The notes under the pieces: generated by a model
What the model saw: the letters and a program-made list of their open reading frames with translations, nothing else
Database searches by the model: none
Told to the model about the DNA's origin: nothing
Shown: one piece after another, positions 12,720 through 25,009 of the stretch
Layout: the number at the start of each line of letters is the position of its first letter
Numbering within the stretch: position 1 is the first letter of the stretch
Source of the DNA: Yuukianura sp. NJ FZ-2021
Lineage: Eukaryota
Direction of reading: 5' to 3'
Assembly (NCBI GenBank): GCA_046563655.1
Contig: CM102285.1
Location: 1,178,001-1,242,000, forward strand
Length of the DNA: 64,000 nucleotides
Made by a program: the position numbers and the translations under genes

Positions 12720-15700
12720 GATCAATGGCCATATTTATTGATGTGGCGTAAGAAATTTGAATGATGGTGAAACTTGTTACCGCATGTAGCACATTCATAC
12801 CCAGGCAATTTCCCACATTCAAACCTACAAAAGAAAAATAAAAAAAAAGTGCCCCAATATTTTTTGAAACCAAGCAAAAAATATTTAAATTACTTGATGT
12901 GACGATTCAAACTTCGTTTGTGTACATATGCTCGACCACAATTTTTTGGACATCGGAAAATACGACAGCCTTTATAAAAAAAAAAGAGAACTTAATCATA
13001 AAAATTTTAATTTGTGGACAAAAAAATTCCTGGAGAGGCTCACCACCAGGTTTTTATTTGACTAATTTTTTTGTTGCACTTTCGAATTTCGAAATCAAAT
13101 TTTGTAAAACACTATATTGTTGAAACCAATTATAAAAATTAACGACGTGAACATGTATTAGTCAAGTGGCGTTTTAAAGAAGATTTTCGGTGAAACTTGG
13201 ATCCGCATCGAGAACATTCATACCCCGGAGCGTTCCCGCACTCATATCTATGAAAAAACAACTTTTTTTTAAAACAAGTTTTTTTTTAATTCCATTACTA
13301 AAAAATGCAATTACTTCAAGTGGCGGCTCAAACTCCATTTGATTGCGTAACTTCGACCACAATTATTTGGACAACGAAACCCCACACCGCGATTATCTAT
13401 TTCAGTTTGGCCTAAAAAATAATCCAATTTCAGCTCCTCCGGAATTTAGACAAAAATTAAATACTAGAATAAAACAAAAGCATAATAAAACATTTTGTAA
13501 AACAAAAGGCTAGAGAGGCTCACCGCGTGCTAAAGTCATTGGAAAAAACGCAAAAATTAGAAAATCAGGAACACTATTAGAGACAATGTTTCAAGACAAA
13601 CAAATTTCAAAAAAAGGTTTGGTTTCCCGCCATGCAAATTTTTCTTTATTATAATAATATTGACATTATATTATAATGAATAAACTGGACCTATCGCAAA
13701 TGGTACACTACATGCTTTCTCTGTTTAGATGAACGACCACAGTTAGGGGTTGGGCAATAAAATCGATTGTTTTTTCGAATCGGATCCAAGGTCACTATGG
13801 CATGTATAAGTTTAAAATTTTTAGAAAGAAAAAAGACGATGCCTTGAGTCGACAGTTAAATCAACAAGATCTACTTCTACTCATGGCTATACAGACGTTT
13901 GAAAGGTTCACTGATTTCAAAAACTTCAAAAAACTGAAATGGACTGCACTGTTAACACACGTTAACTTAATCAGGTGAACTTAGGTTCTGTTATGTTAAC
14001 AAAAACTTAACAAAAAGTTAGCATTGTCCACCATGGTGGCTGCTTTGGTGGCGACTTAAGTTTCCACTCCAGTGTGTTTTGTAGCCACAGGGACAACGGT
14101 ATCTAGGCTCCTTGTTACACTCATGTCTGCATCAAATCAAAAACCAACAAATAACGTGACACCAATTTAAGTTATAAATTGATCACTTTTTTAAAAATGA
14201 CTTTTTAAAATCTTCAAATTAGCAAAAAGGTTCCTTTGGACAGAAGCAGGTCAATTCGTAAGCAGCTAATTCGTAAGGATTATGTTTATCACGTTTTTTC
14301 TTAATAAAGTTACGCTAATCAGAATAGGTTATGAAGCTTACAAACTGGGCTGGTTACGAATTACGTGGAACCACTTTGAACTAATGAAATATGCAAAAAA
14401 TTCACAACCTACCGAATATGCCACATGGCCTTGTCCTTCCTACTGTACGAACGACCACAGTTTGGATTAGGACAGTAAAAGCGCTTGTTTTTCAAAATCG
14501 GAACTAAGTAAGCTACGCGGTAAAGAAAAAAAGAGGACAGTTTAAACATAATTCAAGATTTCGAGTAAAGAAATAATAAGAAAGGAATATAGAAATAAGG
14601 AATAATAACAAGAATAAAGAATTTGTCTCTGGCCATGCATCACACCTTTGAAAAGTTCACCAATAGTTTAACAATGCAAAAACATCAAAAAAAAACTCGG
14701 AATAGAATTTGACAAATTTGTCGAATTTCGAAATATAAAATATGCAACAGAATTCCAAAATTTGGTATTTGGCGACAGCCAACAGTTGAAAAATTAAATC
14801 GCTGACAGCTTTTCAAATCCATCAGACAAAAACCTTGAATTTTTCTTTCACCAATTAACTATCTCCTGATTTTCAAAATTCAAAAGCAATTGAAAGTTAC
14901 TATTTACATTTCATTGCATAGCCTATTTTGAACATTTTTAAGTTTACTTAAATATAGATCCTGGGAAATGTCCAGTTCTCTTCAAATGTTGTTTAAAATT
15001 TCCTTTTTGATGAAACTTGTAGCCACATTCACAATGAAAGCTCGGATCTTTTTGGCACTCAACTCTAAAACAAATCGAAAACTTAATATTAAAAAAAATA
15101 TTTTAAAGTCGCATTAAATTGTAGCAAAATTTTCAAACGTCAAAATTTCAAGTGGAATTATTCTCACCGCAAATGGTTGGCCAAACCTCCTTTTGTGAAA
15201 TAACTCCGACCACAACCAACGGTAGGACAGCGAAACACATTCTCTAGTTACCCCATAAACTTAATTTAACAACTCTTTAAAAAAAAAGAAATGAGGATTT
15301 CCTTTGTAAAAAACAATTTCAAAACATGGCGACCTTGAGACCTAAGCTTTTTCTTTGTAAATGTAAAATTCGAAATTTTGGATTTCAAGATACAAATTAA
15401 ATTAGTTTTTTAATGCTCTCAAAATCAGTTTTTTAATGCAAGATTTATGGGAATTCAAGCTACAAATTACAATTCATTGCAAATTCGACATTCCCGTGGA
15501 CTTAACCTTAGAAAAATGGTGTATTTTTTGTAGGTGATGAACTAACGAAATTTTCCGATGTGTTTTGTAGCTACAGTGGTCACAACGGAATCGAGGCTCC
15601 TTGTTACACTCATGCCTAAATGAAAAATAAACTTTTTACAATTTTATATTATATTTTATATTATAATATTATATTATAATACTCAGCTGAACCTACCGCA

Positions 15701-18700
15701 AATGGTAGATCACAAGCTTTCTCTCTTTAGACGAACGTCCACATTTCGCAGTTGGGCAATAAAATCGATTGTTTTTCCAAATCGGTTCCAAGATAACTAT
15801 GATATGGATAAGATTTAAAATTTTTAGAGAAAAAACGACGATGTGTTGAGTCAGAATTTAAATCACCGGAATCAATTTCTGTCCATGCCTACTATGTAAA
15901 GGTTTGAAAAGTTCACCAAATTCACAAAAAGTCAAATGAACGCGTAAAAATTATTTATATTTATCCTCCATTTCCAACCAGAAAGTATTTTCTCAGAAGT
16001 CAAAATCAAAAATTCTTAGAACTACAATCACTTCTGGGCCCTTAAGATCAGTTTTTTAATGCAAGATTTGAAATTTTGGAATTCAAGCTACAAATTACAA
16101 TTCATTGCAAATTCGACATTCCCGTGGACTTAACCTTAGAAAAATGGTGTATTTTTTGTAGGTGATGAACTAACGAAACTTTCCAATGTGTTTTGTAGCT
16201 ACAGTGGCTACAACGAAATCGAGGCTCCTTGTTACAAACATGCCTAAATGAAACAAAAAATTCTCAATTTTACAGAAAAGTTCTGAAAACCAAAAGTCAC
16301 TAAACGTCAAAATTTCCATTAAATGAAACTAATGAACGGAACCTACCGCAAATGGTGGACTATCTCCCTTCTCACTTTAGCTGAACGACGACAGTTTGGA
16401 GTTGGACAATAATATCTGTTGTTTTTCAAAATTGGAACCAATGCCACTACATTAAAAATTTGAAAACAAAGAAACATTTCATGAGATTCAAAACTTCAAA
16501 TAAAAAGCAAAAATTCACAACTTTTTTTTTTAAATTCCAAATTAGGCAACAAAATTCGTCTTTCTTTTTAACTACTCGACATCAAAATTTAAAACAACTC
16601 AACTCAATTTACTCGACGTCAACTACTATGTCCACGACGTTTTGAGAAGTTCACAAAAGTCAAAACAATCGAAAAACTCGAAATGAAATTGCAAAATTCT
16701 TGAGAAATTCGCGATCGTTTCAAACAAGAAAAGTTACATAAAGAAAATTCACCCGAAGTCAGTCAACTCACATTCTCGTATAAAATACCAAAATTTTGGA
16801 TTTCAAGTTAAAAACTCCGTTTGCAAGTTGGACATTCACAGTGCACTCACTTAATCTAAAACTAACTGATGACGTCTTCGTAAATGTTGCACAAGATACC
16901 TCCTCCGATGTGTTTTGTAGCTACAGTGGCAACAATAAAAACGAGGCTCCTTGCTACATTCATGTCTAAATAGGTTAAAAAAGGAGAAGCCTGTTCATAA
17001 TTTTGCATAAAAGTTCCGAAAAAAATTCATAAAAACTTCGAAATTTCCAAGTTTACTAAAACGCAAACAATGAACCTACCGCAAATGGTAGATTAAGTGC
17101 TTCTTCTGTGTAAAAGAGCAACGACAGTTTGGAGTTGGACAACAATATCGGTTGTTTGTCAAAATCGGAACCAACGTCACTAAAAATTCAAACATTAAAA
17201 ACAAACTTTTACACAAGATTCAAAATTTTTAGAGAGAAAAAAAACGTTGGATTGAGTTAAAGTCTAAATCAGCGATGTCAATTCACTTCTGTCCATGACT
17301 ATAAAGAGGTTTGAAAAGCTCACCAAATTCAAGAAATTTAAAAAAGATTAAAAAAAAAAAACAAATTAACTTAGAAAAAAATTCTAAAGAATTTCAAACG
17401 GAAAGTTTTTTTTTAAGAAATCAAATAAAGAAATGTTTGAACTAAATTCAGTTCCTGGGTTTCAAAATAAGTTTCTTTAATGTAAAATTCAAAATTTTGA
17501 ATTCTAAACTACAAATTACATTTTAAAGAAAATTCCACATTCCGGTAGACATAGCCTAGGCAAAATGGTGTACTTTTTGTTGGTGTCGCTGAAACAATAT
17601 CTCCCAATGTGTTTTGTAGCTACAGTGACAACAATAGAATCGAGGCTCCTTGTTACATAGATGCCTAAATAAAAAAAAATAAAAAAATTTGCAAACAAGT
17701 TCTTAAAGAGCAAATTGTTCAAAATTTCCAATTTTACAGAAACTAAACCTGGACCTACCGCAAATGATAGGTCGTCTTCCTTCTATCTATCCACGAACGA
17801 GTACAGTTTGGAGTTGGACAATAAAATCGATTGTTTTCCAAAATCGGAACCATGGTTTCTAAATTGAAAATTTAAAAACAAAGAAACTGTTTTACGCGGG
17901 GTTCAAAATTTTAAACTAAAGCCATCAAACTCTGCTCCATGACCTTGTCAAAATTAAAATTTAAGAAACCTGGACCAGCGTCAACTGGATTTTGACAAAT
18001 TCAGAGTTTCTAAGAAGTAAAACAAAAGTTGTAAAACTTTCTAATTTTGAAAATTTAATTGGGTCGGACAATGCAAGAAGAATCGCTTCTAAAAGTCATC
18101 TGAAATCGATAGCCTTTTAACCAAAATAAAAATTTTGAATTCTAAACCACAAATTCATTTTGATTTAAAACCCAATGATCCGAAACTTCTACACACTAAT
18201 TTCTTCATTCAAAAATGCACTGACCACATGAAAAACATAATAAATGCCAAAAATTTACAACTTTTTTAAATTCCAAATTAGACTAAAAAATTCATCTTTT
18301 TTAAATTCGTGACGTGACGCAGTTTGGAGTTGGACAATGAAATCGGTTGTTTTTCAAAATCGGAACCAGCGTCATAGTATGCATAAGATTCAAAATTTTT
18401 AGAGAGAAAAAAAGATGCCTTGAGTCAAAATTTAAATCGGCGAGATCAATTTTTTTTTACCAATGGCAATACCGAGGCTTGAAAAGCTCACCAAATTAAA
18501 AAAAAACGCAATTGAACTTGCAAAAAATTTTTAGAGCAATTCGCGACTTCAAACGAGAATGTATTTTCTCAGAAATCAAAATAAAAAATCTTTGAATTAA
18601 AACACTTCCAGAATTTCAAAATGAGCTTTGTTTCAAAATGTAAAATCCGGATTTTTAGATTCCAAGGTACAAATGAGATTTTATTGCATATTCGCCAATC

Positions 18701-21700
18701 CTGTGAACTTAAGCTAAACAAAATGGTGTCGTTTTTGTAGGTGTTGAACTAACGAAACTCTCCAACGTGTTTTGTAGCTACACTGGCGACAATGGAAACG
18801 AGGCTCCTTGTTACATTCATGTCTAAATAAGTTAAAAAACAGAGCAGCCTGTTCATAATTTTTCATAAAAGTTCTGAAAAAAATTCATAAAAGCTTCGAA
18901 ATTTCCAAGTTTACTAAAACTCAAACAATGAACATACCGCAAATGGTAGCTTATATGCTTCCTTTGTGTGGAAGAACGACGACATTTTGGATTTGGACAA
19001 TGAAATCGGTTGTTTTTCAAAATCGGAACCAACGTCACTAAATTTAAAAAATTAAAATACAAACTTTTACACAAGATTCAAAATTTTTAGAGAAAAACAA
19101 TGATGGATTGAATCAAAATCTAAGTCAACGATGTCAACTCACTTCTGTCCATGGCTACACAGAGGTTTGAGAAGCTCACCAAATTCAAAAAATTTAAAAA
19201 AAAGATTAAAAAAAAAACAAAAAAAAATGAACTTGCAAAAAATTCTACAAGAATTCGCAGTTTCAAACGGGAAAGTTTTTTTTTCTAAGAAATCACATAA
19301 AAAAAAATGTTTGAACTACATTCAGGTCCAGCGTTTCAAAATCAGTTTCTTTAATGTAAAATTCAAAATTTTGAATTCGAAGCTAAACAAATTACATTTC
19401 ATTGCAAATTCGACATTCCCGTGGACATAGCCTAAGCAAAATGGTGTACTTTTTGTTGGTGTTGATGAAACCATGTCTCCCAATGTGTTTTGTAGCTACA
19501 GTGACAACAATAGAATCGAGGCTCCTTGTTACATTGATGCCTAAAAAAAAGAAAACTTTTCAAAAATTTGTAAACAAGTTCTTAAAGGGCAAATTGTTCA
19601 AAATTTCCAATTTTACAGAAACTAAAGCTTCACCTACCGCAAATGATAGACTAGTTTCCGTCTCTCTTTATACGAACGACTGCAGTTTGGAGTTGGACAA
19701 TAAAATCGACTGTTTTTCAAATTCGGAACCATGGTTTCTAAATTAAAAATTTAAAAACAAAGAAACTGTTTTACGCGGTACTCAAAATGTTAAACTAAGA
19801 AAGCAATTTAACTTTATTCCACGACCCATTTCAAAACTTAGTTATGGTAAGATAAAAATGAAAAAGCCTGGACCAGCTTGAACTGGATTTTGACAAATTC
19901 GCAGTTTCAAGAAGTAAAAGAAAACTATCTAATTTTGAAAATTTAGTTGAGTCGGACAATCCTTCAAGCAGAACCGCTTCTAAAAGTCATCCAAAATCGA
20001 CAGCCTTTTAACCAAAATAAACATTTTAAATTCTGAACCACAAATTCATTTTGATTTCAAACACAATGATCCGAAACTTCCACAAACTAATTTCTTCATT
20101 CAAAAAAGCACTGACCAGGACCACATGAAACCCATAATAAAGAAATACCAAAAATTTACAACTTTTTTAAACTCCAGATTAGACTAAGAAATTCCTCCTT
20201 TTTAAATTCGTGGCGTCAAAATGTAAAACAACTCAACTCAATTGAGTAATTCGTAGCGTTTCAAACAAGAAAAGTTCAACAAAAGATTATTTTATTTACA
20301 ACCACTTCTAGGGTATCAAAATTCACTTTTCTTCTACAAATTTCGAAATTAATTTCAAACTATACATTCCGGTTTTATTACAAATTGAACATTTAAGTCA
20401 GCCTCACTTAACCTAGAACGGACTCATGAACACTTCGATGGTGTCGAGCAAGATCGCTCTTACGATGAGTTTTGTAGCTACAGTGGCAACAGCGGAATCG
20501 AGGCTCCCTGTTACATTCGTGACTAAATAAGTAAAAAAAAAAGAACAAATTGATAATTTTGCAGAAAGGTTCTGACAAAAAATTCATAAAAACGTGGAAA
20601 TATCCAACCAAGTTGACTAAAACTCAAATAATGAACCTACCGCAAATGGTAGATTACATGCCTCCTATGTGTGAAAGAACGACGACAGTTTGGAGTTGGA
20701 CAACAAAATTGTTCGTTTTTCCAAATAGGAACCAAAGTTGCTAATGCAAAATTTAAGAAAAAAAACTGCTTCCAACGTTACGATATTCAAAATTTTAAAA
20801 TAAGAAAGCAATATCCTGTTCATGGCTTTGACCTTTGAAAAGTCCACTGTAAATTTGAAAATTCAAAAAACTTCGATAATCTTCAACTAAATTTTGAGAA
20901 ATTCCGTCTTCAGATAAGACGTGAAAAGTTTTTAAACTCAAAATTTAGTTGAAGGAAAATAGCTTTAAGTACAGCCGCTTCCAAAATTGCAAAATTCTTC
21001 TGAAATCGAAATTCTCGCTGAAATCCAAAATCCAAAATTTTGAATACTAAACAACAAACTCGCTTTATTTTAAACACATTGATCCGACAGTTCCAAGCTC
21101 ACTAATTTCTACGATTGAAAAAACAATACTGACTACTATCGAAATTCTACACTACAAAACTCGTCTTTTTTGAAATTCGTGATGTAGTGAAAGTTTTAAC
21201 CAAATTCACCATGCTGGGTGTATCGATGGCGATCGAAATGATATTTCCAATGTGTTTTGTAACCACAGTGACAACGGTGGCACGGGACCTTGTTACACTG
21301 ATACCTACATCAAAAGTCATAGCAAAAGTATTCTATCAAATTACTGTTCAAAATTTTAGAAAAAATAAAATTCAATTTTAGTTCAATTTTTACTCCAACC
21401 ATATAAACATACCGCACATGGTTGTAAAGACTCTTTTTCGCTAGATAAGATCGACTGCACTTTGGATTTGGACAATGAAATCGACCGTCTAAAAATTTCA
21501 AACAAATCTTAAGATATTTTTAGTTTTCAAAGTCTAACTGCAAAATGCAAAATTCGAAACTTGCAACTTTCTGAAAAAATCAATCATTTATGTCCATGGC
21601 TTCCTTTCAAACGTTCACCAAATTCAAAGATTGAAAAAACTTCAACAAGTAGGTAACAAGTTTAGAGAGTGTTAGAAATGTGTATAACATAATTCTAAAA

Positions 21701-22335
21701 TTTGTCATTTGCTTTAAAATTTAATACTGGGTTTGAATTTTCCAGACTACCATAAAACTTACAAAGTTAACCTTGGTGTTTAATGGAGGCCAGGCGCCAA
21801 TTTCCAGAGTATCAAAATTCACCCGAAATCGCTTGTCTTGTACAAAATTCGAAATGGATTACAAACAACACATTCCGTTTTTGGACATTCACAGTCACGC
21901 TCACTTAACCTAGAACGGATTGATGACGATTTCGTTGGTGTTGAAAAAGATCCCTTCTCCGATGTGTTTTGTAGCTGCAGTGGCAACAACGGAAACGAGG
22001 CTCCCTGTTACATTCATGTCTAAATAGGTTAAGAAAAGAGCAGCCTGTTCATAACTTTGCATAAAAGTTGTGAAAAAAATTCATACAAACTTCGAAATTT
22101 CCAAGTTTACTAAAACTCAAATAATGAACCTACCGCAAATGGTAGATTATATGCCTCTTATGTGTAGAAGAACGACGACAGTTGGGAGTTGGACAATAAA
22201 ATCGTTCTTTTCCCAAACAGGAACCAAAGTGGCTAATCGAAAATTAAAAAAAAAACTTGCTTCAAACGATATTCAAAATTTAAACTAAGAAAACAATATC
22301 CTGTTCATGGCTTTGACCTTTGAAGGGTTCACTTA
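12720..22335 (-). CDS. Distal block of two-exon C2HC+C2H2 ZF variable cassettes (~13 complete pairs plus 2 broken)
   Basis: Each unit: phase-1 acceptor, exon A (RFxCPxPxCxRSY...HLR), phase-2 intron, exon B (xECNKEPRFxCxxCxYKTH...H...H*). Approximate spans: 12720-12970, 13139-13410, 14018-14510, 14945-15243, 15470-15790, 16090-16450, 16850-17180, 17516-17860, 18660-19040, 19390-19738, 20408-20740, 21180-21490, 21905-22232. Broken: 13690-13800, 18320-18380. Confidence 0.85.
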
Positions 22336-22537
22336 TAAAAAATAAAAATTTTTTAAAACTTTAAACTTTCTTCAAGTAACTTTTTAGAAATTCGATTTGT
22401 CTAGAGCGACGGCATTTTTCCCTGGATCGTTTTCTGTTTTTCTTGGTATGTTGTATATATACCATTTGTGGTATATATTCGTTCATCAATCATATTTAAT
22501 TGTACTCAAAGATTTTTAAAAACAAACGAGAAAATTA

Positions 22538-22810
22538 TTAACTAGATGCGACATTAGGACCATTTTAAACAAAATTTTTGAAGCAAATGTTTTGTGACGT
22601 TTCTCCTGACAACTTACTCAATTTCATAAAAGTTAAGCCTGGTTCACACAAGATTTTATTTTATAGCAGATTATAAGTCCTCAAAAATTGGAATTCCTCG
22701 TGAGAACCGTGCTTAAACTTGAGGTGAAAGCGGTTTTTTACCTCTTTTAACCTCTTTTAATTTGCTTCAAAAATTTTGTTGAAAAACTGCCTAATGTCCA
22801 CTCTAGTTAA
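22538..22810. mobile_element. Small MITE-like element with ~50-bp imperfect terminal inverted repeats
   Basis: taactagatgcgacattagg...aaaatttttgaagcaaat at left is the imperfect reverse complement of atttgcttcaaaaattttg...cctaatgtccactctagtta at right. Confidence 0.55.
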
Positions 22811-23012
22811 AAGAAAAAATTAAAAAATCGTCCTGGTAACTCTATGATTGTACTACATCATGTAAAACCGAGGCAAATATTTAACTACTAAACTCGTTTA
22901 TTTTGTCACATGGAAAAAATGGATTATGATTTGAAATGAACTTAAATTAGATGGAAATCTTCTTACGTTTTCACAAAATGACAAATTCATTTCAGAAATT
23001 TAAGTTGTTTGA

Positions 23013-24076
23013 TTAGTTAGACGACTCGTCACTACTTTCTTCATCTTCTTCAGCATCTCGTTCCATAAAGAGCTCTCGCGGATAACCCATTTTTTTGAGC
23101 GTTTTCATTCCTGAAAGGGTTCCAAGTTCTACTCGATGAGCCCGAAGAATGTGATTAATAAAGTTCAGCTTTGATTCCCGTTTCGAATCACAAAAGGGGC
23201 AACGGAATCGATCGGCGTAATTTGAATGCTGAGTCTTGAAATGGTTTTGATAGGATCCAGTAGTGAAAGTTCGGAACTCACCATTGCTTTTTTTCTAAAA
23301 AATTACAAATATAAAATGTTAGGGAAACGAGTTTATTGCTTGTAAAGAAACACACTTACCGGACAAACACAACATACAGATTTTCCAGTTGCGATGTGAC
23401 GTTGAAAATCTACTCCTTTAGTACAGCCAAGAGTATAATTGAACGCTTTGTAGTCTGCCAAATTAGCAAACTGAGTTGGATTATTTTGTTGGATTTCAGG
23501 TTTCGGATCATCCTATTTAAAAATTACAAAAATTTAATCGTTTAGTATCTTGACTAAATTTTGAATAAGAAATTCTCATGTTTTCAAATGTTTATGAAAA
23601 TATACCATTCCTGGTATATAATCAAAATATACGAAATTTGGTATCTAAATCAAAACATGAAGTTGATGATCATTGTTACACACGCAATTACATATTTCTG
23701 TTTCTTACCTCAGAGTTAAAAATAGTCTCCCTCAATGCATGAAGAACCACATCTTTTAAATATCGGTGTGACGTATCATCCAAATCCAATTGCAGCTTCC
23801 TAATTTGTGCATCAACCTTGGCTTTCAACAAGTTGAATTCTTCCGCTTTCAAAAACTGGTGACGCTCCTTTTTCTTTGTTCCAGAATTGTCTTCTCGCAG
23901 TTTAGCTTCCATATTAATAATAGCTAAATTATCGGAAGAAGTTTGTTCCAAAGAGCCATCATCAAAACTACGCAAAATTCTATGCAACTTTGTGGCATCT
24001 TCGCATATTTTTGCCTTGTCAGGATTCGCTTGCAAAAAAGACACGAACTTCTTTTCTTCTTCGCGAAGTTTGTTTG
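23013..24076 (-). CDS. Three-exon C2H2 zinc-finger coding unit within a ~1.8-kb insertion (24076-23709, ~23512-23359, ~23294-23013)
   Basis: Canonical splice sites give one open frame: ANKLREEEKK...FNSE|DDPKPE...VCCVCP|KKSNGEFRTFTTGSYQNHFKTQH...FRCPFCDSKRESKLNFINHILRAH...*. Not similar to the flanking cassettes; no start codon seen. Confidence 0.65.
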
Positions 24077-25009
24077 CTGAAAACAAATTTAGCTTGTAAC
24101 AAATTTCAAAAGTTAAAACACATTCCAACGTTTATAAACATACACAATTGATTGTTTTTAAAATGCACCAAATGTGGTATATATTAAAGTATACTCGAAA
24201 GATTATATGTGAAAAGTTTCTAAATTCGAAATTTAATCCAACAAAATATCTTCTAAATTGTAAAATTCACGTGAAATCGATAATCTTTTTCCCCAAATCC
24301 AAAATTTTGAGTTCTATACCGCAGATTCATTTTTATTTCAGACGCATTGATCCGAAACTTCCACGTTCACTACTTTCTTCAATAAAACTAACGACTTTCT
24401 TTCAAAAGTTCACCAAATTCAAGCATTGAAAAAACCTTTAATAAACTTTCCACCAGTGTTGAGAGTTTTCTTTTAATCAAGAAACGTAAAGCACCCAGAT
24501 GGAATAAAACTAACTGTTTTAACTATAACTGCTTCTAAAATTTACAAATTTAACCGAAATCGGTAGAAAATCAACATCTGTGTTCTAAGAAAGTGCAAAG
24601 AAGGCGACGGCAGAGTCCATAATCGAAGTCATGGAAAAAGGAAAATCTTTATTTGTCCCAATAAAAACAATTCAGAAGTTCAACACCTCCAAGCTAATTT
24701 TTTTAAATTAAAAATCTACGGACGTGTATAACGTAATTCTAAAATTTGGCATATACAATGCAATACTGTTGAATTTTGCAGACTACCGTAAAACAAAACT
24801 TCGAGCATACGCCTGGGCGTTTATTCAAACTCAAAATTTTTACCCGGCGCGTATGAGAAAATGGCGTTTATTTCTAAGCCTGAGACGAATCCCTTGGGCT
24901 TTAATGGAGACCCTGATAGAAACCGGACACATATAAGAAGCTTTACGGTAACTATATGCCAAAGCTAACCTATGCTTTTTCGCTTTTTACACCATCTTAA
25001 TCTAATCTT

